Shown here in pieces: positions 14,224 through 25,000 of a DNA stretch of 55,124 nucleotides. A model generated the notes under the pieces. That model worked only from the letters and a program-made list of their open reading frames with translations. It ran no database searches and was not told where the DNA came from. Made by a program: the position numbers and the translations under genes. The stretch's first letter is position 1. The number at the start of each line of letters is the position of its first letter. The DNA is from Nemertoderma westbladi (lineage: Eukaryota > Animalia > Xenacoelomorpha), in assembly GCA_032718475.1 (NCBI GenBank), contig JAUCBJ010002839.1, positions 1-55,124 on the forward strand. The letters run 5' to 3'.

Positions 14224-15390
14224 CGTGTATTTCGTCCTGTCCTTGTGTCTTCGAGCTCCTCTGTGTCGTGTTTATCTTGTTCCTCCGTGTGACGAATCGA
14301 ACATACTAAAACAAGTAGATAACCAAGAAACAGCTGTTTAAGTTTTCTTTTTTGTGTAAATTTTCTAAGAATAACTTAAGTGGGAAAGTAATTATATTTC
14401 CACATTGAACGGTAACCAAACCTCCATATACGAACATTTCTAATACAAGCAACATAAATTTATATTTTCTCTATAATTTGATATGGATTATTTAATCCTC
14501 TTGGGCTCCACACATGCGCACAAGCATTGCGTATGTGTGGATTTTCAGATGGGTTGAATTGACAGAAGGGGGAGAGAAGAGAGGCTAGTAACAGCTAACA
14601 GGTCTGGACTTGTCCCATTCCATCACACATTTGTAACAGACATGGGACATTAGGTTACAGTGGCAACATTGCTAAATAGCGCGTTTTGTTCCCTGAATTG
14701 ACATCCCCCAACCCTCCCCCCCTAATTTTTCATTTTTTCAATTGATGTTTTTGGTTTTCGCTTTGCTTTAATATTTAACTCCAATTGCTAATAGTTAATA
14801 TGTTTTTTAAGTATTTGTTTACTGTGTGTAATTATTTCGAGAGAATTTAATTTAATTTTTGGAAATGATATGTATTTATTTTGGTTAAATATTTTAATTT
14901 TTTGTAGGCATTAATTGTTTTTGCGTTGCTTTTTGTGTTTGAATAATAATATTTGGGAAGACTTCATTTTCTTTGGTGCTGCCAAATAATATTTTATTAT
15001 TTAAATTGGTTTTATATATATAATTTATGTTAATTTATTTTAATTTAATTTTGATATTTTTGCCTTTTGACGTCTTACTGTGAGTGAACGCATCCTATCC
15101 TTTATTTACACGTTGAACACGTTCTGGACCTACTAACTATTTGGAATGGAATGTTCTGATATTTCGGAATTCATCTTTATAAAATGAGAAACTCATTGAG
15201 TCTTACATGCAGTCCCTCCAGACTGATATTTATAGTTTAATAAACCAAATCATTTGATATCGCCAATGTTCCTTTTGATTGGCCGTTTGTATAATTTGGA
15301 GAGACCTTTGTAACATATTCCCTCGCAATCCCACCCCACCAATGTTGCAAGTCTAGCCCAACTCACTCGCTCCATTTATGTTTGTTTCAG

Positions 15391-15685
15391 TTCTGCGTCC
15401 AACCAATCTCCCATTACTCGTTCCCGTCGACGCACTTCCGGTTCCGTCGACCGCGCCGGCCACTTTATTCCCTCCCGGGCGTCCAGCTTCGCGTGGCGGT
15501 ACTTCACGCTGCTCCCAGAACTGCCGCAGTTCGCTGGTTGTCTAATCTGCGACAAACGCGTTCGTATCACGTCCACCACCACCAGTCCCTTTCTCAGACA
15601 CCTCCGCCAAGCCCACGGTTTAGTAGGGGTGAAACCTGATAGGGTGTCTCCCGAGAAACAGTCTGACGTAAATCCCGCATCGTAA
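15391..15685 (+). CDS. BED zinc-finger alternative terminal exon 1 (this frame is absent from the ORF track)
   Basis: Acceptor tttgtttcag|T. Hand translation: (S)SASNQSPITRSRRRTSGSVDRAGHFIPSRASSFAWRYFTLLPELPQFAGCLICDKRVRITSTTTSPFLRHLRQAHGLVGVKPDRVSPEKQSDVNPAS*. W-x-Y-F, Cx2C-x16-Hx4H is the BED signature. TAA at 15683-15685. Confidence 0.85.
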
Positions 15686-16426
15686 TAATTACTGGAATTT
15701 ATTTTATCGTCTATAGATCAGTCAAACATTCAACCGAAACATTAATTAATTAATTAATTAATTAATTATGTACATCACGGATTGGTTTATCAACAAGATT
15801 ATCAGAACCATTACAATACCGAAATATTCAACCAAATCTACTTTATCATGTATCAACCACAGGATGCCTCTAATTATTTTGTAATACGTCACTTGGAATC
15901 TATTCCTATCAGTTTATCGATATTATCTCGAGACCAACTGGTCTGAGATTGACAATCTATTCCTAAAAACGGAGGAGGTTTACAAACTAGGGGCTTTATT
16001 ACTGGGAGTAGGTGCGACCTTGCGATCTCAGACTGACTGCCTACTGTAATTAAATACAATTATTTATTTATATGTACAAATTTGTAACTTTTCATTTAGT
16101 TGCTTTTTATTCGGTATTGTAAGATTAATATTATTATTAATATATTAATTATTGGTATAAATATTATATACGATTCAGATTGACATTTGATTTAATTTAA
16201 TTGTTTGATTTCTTTAATGGGTAATCAGTTATTTCGTAAGTTATATCTATACCGACTATACAGACACTCACAAACAGTAGGCTGCAACCGGGACTGGTGT
16301 TCTAGTTACTATTGACTCCCCCAGGAGTCATTCTAAACGGGCATTATTTTACACCGGTAGGCAACACGTTGTTATAAAAGCCCAACCAATACAATACTGC
16401 AGTCGGTTTAATTTTATCGTTTTTAG

Positions 16427-16685
16427 TTCGAATGTTACTTTAGTGGAACGGATCGGTGGACAGCCAAGTGGTGCGTCGATGCGTCTGGTCCCCACCCACG
16501 CGAAGAGTTTTGCCTGGAACTATTTCACTCTGCTTTCAGACAACCCTAACCAATCGTTGTGTACGCTATGTGGTCGTTTATTTAAATACAATCACTCTAC
16601 TTGCACCACTTCACGGCTTCTTCAACACCTAAAAAACTCACATCGGCTTGTCGGGGCGAAGAAGAACATATTATCGCGAATTTAG
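16427..16685 (+). CDS. BED zinc-finger alternative terminal exon 2
   Basis: Acceptor tcgtttttag|T, phase 2. (S)SNVTLVERIGGQPSGASMRLVPTHAKSFAWNYFTLLSDNPNQSLCTLCGRLFKYNHSTCTTSRLLQHLKNSHRLVGAKKNILSRI*. Cx2C-x18-Hx4H. Confidence 0.85.
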
Positions 16686-17426
16686 TTTATTGTAATAGCC
16701 GCTAGATGGAGTAACTAATTGTACTTGCTGCTAAGTGACGTTACTTAATATGACTAACAGTGCTAAACAACTATATTTTGCAAATATTCAATCCGATTTC
16801 GCAGATATGGGGGGATATTCGACACATTCAATATTCATCCCTCTCCAGGGGAAAATCGTCGCAAATAACAGCTGATTACTCTCAAAAATATAACTGTATC
16901 CTGTTCTATTGACTTTCGTTTATTGTTTTGGTTAGAATACATTTTGGTCATCTGCTCTTCTCCCTGAATTGATATTTTAACATTGAGGCCAAATATTAAT
17001 TAGCTGAGGTGGGATTTGCGTCTACATTCTCCAACTCAGTGTTTTAAATATAAAAAACATTTTTCAGAACTATATTCCTTTGAAACCTGTAGTATAATAT
17101 TTGCCAAATATTTTTGATATTACATTCCTGTTTATAAAAGCTTTGGCCTACATTTCTATTTGCAATTGTATTTAATTTTAAACAATTTTATTTTACAAAC
17201 TTTTTTTTGTTTTGAAACTTTATTTATCCTTAACTTCACGGATTTTTTCGTTTGTTTGGGCCGTCTCCATGGTGACGGATTAGGGACTTCGCCTCATTGT
17301 TCAGGAGTGACTTCAATGCTGCATGACTGGGTGTCAAAATATAAAACTACACCAATTGGGTGCAAATATAACAACAAATATATTTAATATCAATTACGTT
17401 TGCAATGTGTGTTTGCTTTCTTTCAG

Positions 17427-17715
17427 TTTTGGACACGAACTGGCCACCCATTTGCAGCACTTAGTACCGTCACGCGCGCAGAGTTTTGTCTGGAACTATT
17501 TCACCATGCTGCCTAACTCTACCGGGTCGCTGCCTAACTCTACCGGGTTCGTATCCTGTATGATTTGCGGTCAGAATATGGTCTATCTAACCTCCAAAGC
17601 CACCTGTAGTACAACGTCCCTAATACGGCATCTAAAGACGGCCCATAACTCGAAACAAAGTCTAAAGCTTCATCCCAATCTAGGAGGAAGAACTAAAGTT
17701 AACTCCATAACTTAG
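17427..17715 (+). CDS. BED zinc-finger alternative terminal exon 3
   Basis: Acceptor ctttctttcag|T, phase 2. (S)FGHELATHLQHLVPSRAQSFVWNYFTMLPNSTGSLPNSTGFVSCMICGQNMVYLTSKATCSTTSLIRHLKTAHNSKQ...SIT*. Cx2C-x20-Hx4H. AATAAA at 17922-17927 downstream. Confidence 0.85.
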
Positions 17716-17991
17716 AAGCATTTAATGTACCTGAATTTATATCGAAACGAAACAATATTCATAGATTTTTTGTTAAATTCAACCTACTCGTACGTAATGT
17801 CACATATTTCCATGAACCTACTACTGAGTGTTACTCTTAGCCTTACGACGTCGCCTCTTCCAGTTTACTAGGACGGATATGACGGTATGGACGGTATGAG
17901 GCGCCGTTACCGCGAAGCCAGAATAAAAAAAAACACTACGTCGGAATAGGTGATTGGAAGTCAGAAAAGTATGGTCTAATTAGACGTCAAG

Positions 17992-19341
17992 TTTTCTTGA
18001 GTTCCATTTATTTTTCGTTACTACCATTTCTTTTTCCTCACTACCATAAAAATTTATTTTCCTGACTTCCATTTATTATTCCTGACTTCCATTTATTATT
18101 CCTGACTTCCATTTATTTTTCCTGACTTCCATTTATTATTCCTGACTTCCATTTCTTTTTCCTGACTTCCATTTCTTTTTCCTGACTTCCATTTATTTTT
18201 CCTGACTTCCATTTATTATTCCTGACTTCCATTTCTTTTTCCTGACTTCCATTTATTTTTCCTGACTTCCATTTATTTTTCCTGACTTCCATTTATTTTT
18301 CCTGACTTCCATTTATTTTTCCTGACTGCCATTTATTTTTCCTGACTTCCATCTATTTTTCTTGGAGTTCCATCTATTTTTCGTTACTACCATTTCTTTT
18401 TCCTCACTACCATAAAAAAATTTATTTTTCCTGACTTCCATTTATTTTTCTTGACTACCATTTATTTTTCCTGACTTCCATTTATTATTCCTGACTTCCA
18501 TTTCTTTTTCCTGACTTCCATTTCTTTTTCCTGACTTCCATTTATTTTTCCTGACTTTTATTTATTTTTCTTGACCTCAATTTATTTTTCTTGACTTCCA
18601 TTTATTTTTCTTGACTTCCATTTATTTTTACCGACTTCCATTTATTTTTCCTAACTTCCATTTATTTTTCCTGACTTCCATTTATTTTTACCGACTTCCA
18701 TTTATTTTTCCTAACTTCCATTTATTTTTCCGGACTTCCATTTATTTTTCCTGACTTCCATTTATTATTCCTAACTTCCATTTATTTTCCTGACTTCCAT
18801 TTATTTTTCCTAACTTCCATTTATTTTTACCGACTTCCATTTATTTTTCCTAACTTCCATTTATTTTTCCTGACTTCCATTTATTTTTCCTGACTTCCAT
18901 TTATTATTCCTAACTTCCATTTATTTTTCCTGACTTCCATTTATTTTTCCTGACTTCCATTTATTTTTCCTAACTTCCATTTATGCTTCCTTCCTGACTT
19001 CCATTTATTTTTCCTGACTTCCATTTATCTTTCCGACTTCCATTTATTTTTTACCGACTTCCATTTATTTTTCCTGACTTCCATTTCTTTTTCCTGACTT
19101 CCATTTCTTTTTCCTAACTTCCATTTCTTTTTCCTGACTTTCATTTATTTTTCCTGACTTTTATTTATTTTTCTTGACCTCAATTTATTTTTCTTGACTT
19201 TCATTTATTTTTCTTGACTTCCATTTATTTTTTACCGACTTCCATTTATTTTTCCTAACTTCCATTTATTTTTCCTGACTTCCATTTATCTTTCCGACTT
19301 CCATTAATTTTTTCTGACTTAATTTATTTTTCCTGACTTCC
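17992..19341. repeat. 20-bp minisatellite (~65 monomers)
   Basis: Monomer CCTGACTTCCATTTATTTTT with variants. The degenerate leading block (cgttactacc..cctcactaccataaaa) occurs at ~18015 and again at ~18380. Confidence 0.95.
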
Positions 19342-20902
19342 AGTTTATCATTTACATTTCGCTGTTGTTACTTCCAAAGTTTCGCTATTTTGGCTTCTTA
19401 TTGCCGGTAACAGAAAATTGGTCATAGGCGAGATTTATATTGTACTCGTGCAATACCGGTACTCATGGTGATGAATGTATAAATGTTCATTTTGGAAATT
19501 TTTGTTCAATAAATACTGTATAAATTTTACTGTAGTAGGCCTACAGTATATACCTAAATATTGTCGATAATATTTAATACAGTAAGTAATATATTCAAGC
19601 ATTATTATTATGTTATGATATTATTTGTTATTATATTTTTGTTATTATATTATGTTAGATATCTAACACTAAATATCTAACAGAAATTCAATAAGAAATA
19701 GTATTTTGTCTCCGGTTGAACGTGTGTGTTGGTTGAATGGCGGTTGTTGAACTATGTGTTTCACATTTCATGCGATATGTTATGGTAGGGTCCTTGTCGT
19801 CAGAAAATAATTACGTTAATAATTTAATATATTACGTTTTATTGTGTAATTATTTGATTAAATTATTAATTGATTATAATTTCACGTATCTAACATAAAT
19901 TGAGAGAATGACTTAAGATTTTAAACAAAACTTATTCATATTTAAAGACTTTATAGTCAAAATCTAACGAATTATTCCGATATTAATTTGTTTAATCATT
20001 GTAATATTATGAAGAATGTTTATTACCAGGTTCTTATATAAATTTCAATATGTAAATATAATAATAATTTTATAATATAATCTAAGGAAACGAACCTGCT
20101 CAGTACGTCTCCATTGCAACACTCGTTGCGCTCATGCCAAACCAGGTGGTTTATAGGCGTATAGTCAACGTAGTACTCGTCTTCATTATTAGCCTCGTTG
20201 CGCTCGATTTGTTTTGTTTGAGAATATTTTTACTCAACGCATACTGCCGTACTTTGTAACTATGCAAAGTCTCAAAACTGTGCGGGTTACAGATAATCTA
20301 TAGGTCCTTACCATACCTAGAATACATTATATAGATAAAGCAGATAGTGGCGCACTTTGACGAGTTTGACCGCAAGTGAAAAAAAGTTTTGTATATTGTT
20401 TTGGTTAGAAAACACCGCAACTGTATCCGGCTCTTTTCACTTAATGTTTTAAATTATATAAATTAAATAAATTTTTTAAACCGTTTAATGACCGCTTTTT
20501 GTGGTAATTTTGCGCCATCGACTCAGATAGTAGACAGGTACCGGTACCAAAGGTTTCGACAAAATACTCACCCCGCCAATAATACAGGCAGCGGGCAGCA
20601 TTGGTGGATTTTCAATTCATTCTCATAAATAAACCAGCAGAATTTTGAAAGTCCTTATCAAACCAATAAAAATCAAAAGATGCGAAAATATGAAGAGCGC
20701 GTCACTCTCATTGGCATGGAAAGTTTGTGCTGTTCATGCTGGAAGGGCTTAAAGAGACCTATTGACCCACGGTTGATGCCTGTTTGATCGGAGAATACTA
20801 TATAGCTGACAGCTTTTTATGTAGCCATAGACCTATCCGTTGCCAGGGCTAACCTTTTCTGCTTGTGATTATTATTGTCAAGTTGTTATTAAATATTTGC
20901 AG

Positions 20903-21209
20903 TGTGGATATGTCGAAAGATGTCACGAAAACGCCTAACAACGCGGACCGCATGGTTGATACGTCATCATTGAGTCATATCGTGCCGAAAAATTCGTCTA
21001 GCTTTGTCTGGCGGTACTTCACGTTAATCCAGGACGACCGCCATTGGGTTGTCTGTCTCGTCTGCGGGAAGCTCATTCGTTACTACGCAACCGCGCCTAC
21101 AAGTAACTTTCTTTCCCACCTAAAAGCCTTCCACAATATCGTGGTACCACATCGGAACAAAGTGAAACCTATTAATATGTGGACAGCGCCCCTTAGCGGA
21201 ACAAAGTGA
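20903..21209 (+). CDS. BED zinc-finger alternative terminal exon 4
   Basis: Acceptor atatttgcag|T, phase 2. (S)VDMSKDVTKTPNNADRMVDTSSLSHIVPKNSSSFVWRYFTLIQDDRHWVVCLVCGKLIRYYATAPTSNFLSHLKAFHNIVVPHRNK...SGTK*. Cx2C-x17-Hx4H. Confidence 0.85.
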
Positions 21210-21297
21210 AACCTATTAATAGGTCGATAGCGCCCCTTAGCGGAACAAAGTGAAACCTATTAATAGGTGGACAGCGCCACTTAACGGAACAAAGTGA
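21153..21297. repeat. 44-bp tandem repeat, ~3.3 copies, overlapping the stop of BED exon 4
   Basis: CGGAACAAAGTGAAACCTATTAATA.GT.GA.AGCGCC.CTTA. starts at 21153, 21197, 21241 and 21285 (partial). Confidence 0.95.
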
Positions 21298-22024
21298 TAT
21301 CTATTATAATAGATGGACATGATTAGAGCAACACGTAGCAAGACAAACTGAAACCGAACTGTACAACTCTTCCCCCAATATCCGCATGATACGCAGTTTT
21401 ATGTTTATATTTAAAGCAATCATAATATAAAACGCAACAATAGTTATTTTATATAATGGAAATGACTCAATGGTAGCAGGGAGAGTTTTCATGATCCGAA
21501 TGTTTATTACATCAAACCTGCCTGTTTTTGCCGGTGAAATTTACTACAAAAATATATATTTGTGAAGTAGCTGATGCCAGCCACCCCCCCCCCCCCCCCC
21601 CCCCCCCGGGGAAATGTTGGGGGAAATCAACTTAACTAACGTAAGTTCATTTACCGATATACACCATGTCATGGAATATAGTGTCGTTATAAAGGAACAC
21701 CCCCCCCCCCTCCTATTTTTTCTACAAATCTTAATTTGTAGAAATTCAATTTGAAACAGAGATAGAAGTGGAGGTATATTGAAACATTCAGTACCTTCCA
21801 CTGGGTGAGGCAGAATTTATATTTTCCCGTTATTCTTTAGCCACAAGCGTTTGACAAGGTGTCTCTGTCGACATTGCACCAATCGTACTGCAGTTATTCT
21901 TCAACCCTACAGTATAGTACTGTAATTTGTCGGTAGGTATTGCAGAAAGCTGGCTGTGCAAGGATTCCAAAAAATCCTCAATATTTCCATGGTTGGCATT
22001 GAGCCTTGCTTGTCGGTCGGTGGC

Positions 22025-25000
22025 AGTATATGGCCCGGGTGGTACCAGGGTCAACAGGACAGTTTGGGGACTTGGAGGAGTCAGTATATAGCCCGGGTGG
22101 TAGGTACCAGGGTCAACAGGACAGTTTGGGGACTTGGAGGAGTCAGTATATAGCCCGGGTGGTAGGTACCAGGGTCAACAGGGCAGTTTGGGGACTTGGA
22201 GGAGTCAGTATATAGCCCGGGTGGTAGGTACCAGGGTCAACAGGACAGTTTGGGGACTTGGAGGAGTCAGTATATAGCCCGGGTGGTAGGTACCAGGGTC
22301 AACAGGACAGTTTGGGGACTTGGAGGAGTCAGTATATAGCCCGGGTGGTAGGTACCAGGGTCAACAGGACAGTTTGGGGACTTGGAGGAGTCAGTATATA
22401 GCCCGGGTGGTAGGTACCAGGGTCAACAGGATAGTTTGGGGACTTGGAGGAGTCAGTATATAGCCCGGGTGGTAGGTACCAGGGTCAACAGGGCAGTTTG
22501 GGGACTAGGAGAAGTCAGTATATAGCCCGGGAGGTAGGTACCAGGGTCAACAGGGCAGTTTGGGGACTATGAGGAGTCAGTATATAGCCCGGGTGGTAGG
22601 TACCAGGGTCAACAGGGCAGTTTGGGGACTATGAGAGTCAGTATATAGCCCGGGTGGTAGGTACCAGGGTCAACAGGACAGTTTGGGGACTTGGAGGAGT
22701 CAGTATATAGCCCGGGTGGTAGGTACCAGGGTCAACGGGACAGTTTGGGGACTTGGAGGAGTCAGTATATAGCCCGGGTGGTAGGTACCAGGGTCAACAG
22801 GGCAGTTTGGGGACTAGGAGGAGTCAGTATATAGCCCGGGTGGTAGGTACCAGGGTCAACAGGACAGTTTGGGGACTTGGAGGAGTCAGTATATAGCCCG
22901 GGTGGTAGGTACCAGGGTCAACAGGACAGTTTGGGGACTTGGAGGAGTCAGTATATAGCCCGGGTGGTAGGTACCAGGGTCAACAGGATAGTTTGGGGAC
23001 TTGGAGGAGTCAGTATATAGCCCGGGTGGTAGGTACCAGGGTCAACAGTGACAGTTTGGGGACTTGGAGGAGTCAGTATATAGCCCGGGTGGTAGGTACC
23101 AGGGTCAACAGGGCAGTTTGGGGACTATGGAGAAGTCAGTATATAGCCCGGGTGGTAGGTACCAGGGTCAACAGGACAGTTTGGGGACTAGGAGGAGTCA
23201 GTATATAGCCCGGGTGGTAGGTACCAGGGTCAACAGGGCAGTTTGGGGACTTGGAGGAGTCAGTATATAGCCCGGGTGGTAGGTACCAGGGTCAACAGGG
23301 CAGTTTGGGGACTAGGAGGAGTCAGTATATAGCCCGGGTGGTAGGTACCAGGGTCAACAGGTCAGTTTGGGGACTAGGAGGAGTCAGTATATAGCCCGGG
23401 TGGTAGGTACCAGGGTCAACAGGGCAGTTTGGGGACTATGATGAGTCAGTATATAGCCCGGGTGGTAGGTACCAGGGTCAACAGGGCAGTTTGGGGACTT
23501 GGAGGAGTCAGTATATAGCCCGGGTGGTAGGTACCAGGGTCAACAGGGCAGTTTGGGGACTAGGAGGAGTCAGTATATAGCCCGGGTGGTAGGTACCAGG
23601 GTCAACAGGTCAGTTTGGGGACTATGGAGGAGTCAGTATATAGCCCGGGTGGTAGGTACCAGGGTCAACAGGACAGTTTGGGGACTTGGAGGAGTCAGTA
23701 TATAGCCCGGGTGGTAGGTACCAGGGTCAACAGGACAGTTTGGGGACTAGGAGAAGTCAGTATATAGCCCGGGTGGTAGGTACCAGGGTCAACAGGGCAG
23801 TTTGGGGACTAGGAGGAGTCAGTATATAGCCCGGGTGGTAGGTACCAGGGTCAACAGGACAGTTTGGGGACTTGGAGGAGTCAGTATATAGCCCGGGTGG
23901 TAGGTACCAGGGTCAACAGGACAGTTTGGGGACTTGGAGGAGTCAGTATATAGCCCGGGTGGTAGGTACCAGGGTCAACAGGATAGTTTGGGGACTAGGA
24001 GGAGTCAGTATATAGCCCGGGTGGTAGGTACCAGGGTCAACAGGACAGTTTGGGGACTTGGAGGAGTCAGTATATAGCCCGGGTGGTAGGTACCAGGGTC
24101 AACAGGACAGTTTGGGGACTTGGACGAGTCAGTATATAGCCCGGGTGGTAGGTACCAGGGTCAACAGGACAGTTTGGGGACTTGGAGGAGTCAGTATATA
24201 GCCCGGGTGGTAGGTACCAGGGTCAACAGGACAGTTTGGGGACTTGGAGGAGTCAGTATATAGCCCGGGTGGTAGGTACCAGGGTCAACAGGACAGTTTG
24301 GGGACTTGGAGGAGTCAGTATATAGCCCGGGTGGTAGGTACCAGGGTCAACAGGGCAGTTTGGGGACTTGGACGAGTCAGTATATAGCCCGGGTGGTAGG
24401 TACCAGGGTCAACAGGGCAGTTTGGGGACTATGAGAAGTCAGTATATAGCCCGGGAGGTAGGTACCAGGGTCAACAGGGCAGTTTGGGGACTAGGAGGAG
24501 TCAGTATATAGCCCGGGTGGTAGGTACCAGGGTCAACATGACAGTTTGGGGACTTGGAGGAGTCAGTATATAGCCCGGGAGGTAGGTACCAGGGTCAACA
24601 GGATAGTTTGGGGACTTGGAGGAGTCAGTATATAGCCCGGGAGGTAGGTACCAGGGTCAACAGGATAGTTTGGGGACTTGGAGGAGTCAGTATATAGCCC
24701 GGGTGGTAGGTACCAGGGTCAACAGGACAGTTTGGGGACTTGGAGGAGTCAGTATATAGCCCGGGTGGTAGGTACCAGGGTCAACAGGATAGTTTGGGGA
24801 CTAGGAGGAGTCAGTATATAGCCCGGGTGGTAGGTACCAGGGTCAACAGGACAGTTTGGGGACTTGGAGGAGTCAGTATATAGCCCGGGTGGTAGGTACC
24901 AGGGTCAACAGGACAGTTTGGGGACTTGGAGGAGTCAGTATATAGCCCGGGTGGTAGGTACCAGGGTCAACAGGACAGTTTGGGGACTTGGAGGAGTCAG

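Noticed and set aside
15376-15639. Track ORFs 15376-15582(-) and 15382-15639(+)
   Set aside because: They are shadow frames of the GC-rich BED exon encoded in the other + frame.
20095-20230. Minus-strand open stretch (IERNEANNEDEYYVDYTPINHLVWHERNECC...) ending at AG|GT
   Set aside because: It is short, with no recognisable domain and no clear acceptor.
16443-21209. BED ORFs as independent single-exon genes or hAT transposase remnants, using the track's start codons
   Set aside because: The N-terminal extensions at 17323 and 20865 translate AT-rich intron and acceptor sequence. There is no DDE or hATC domain, TIRs or TSDs around them, and the shared acceptor phase favours spliced cassettes.
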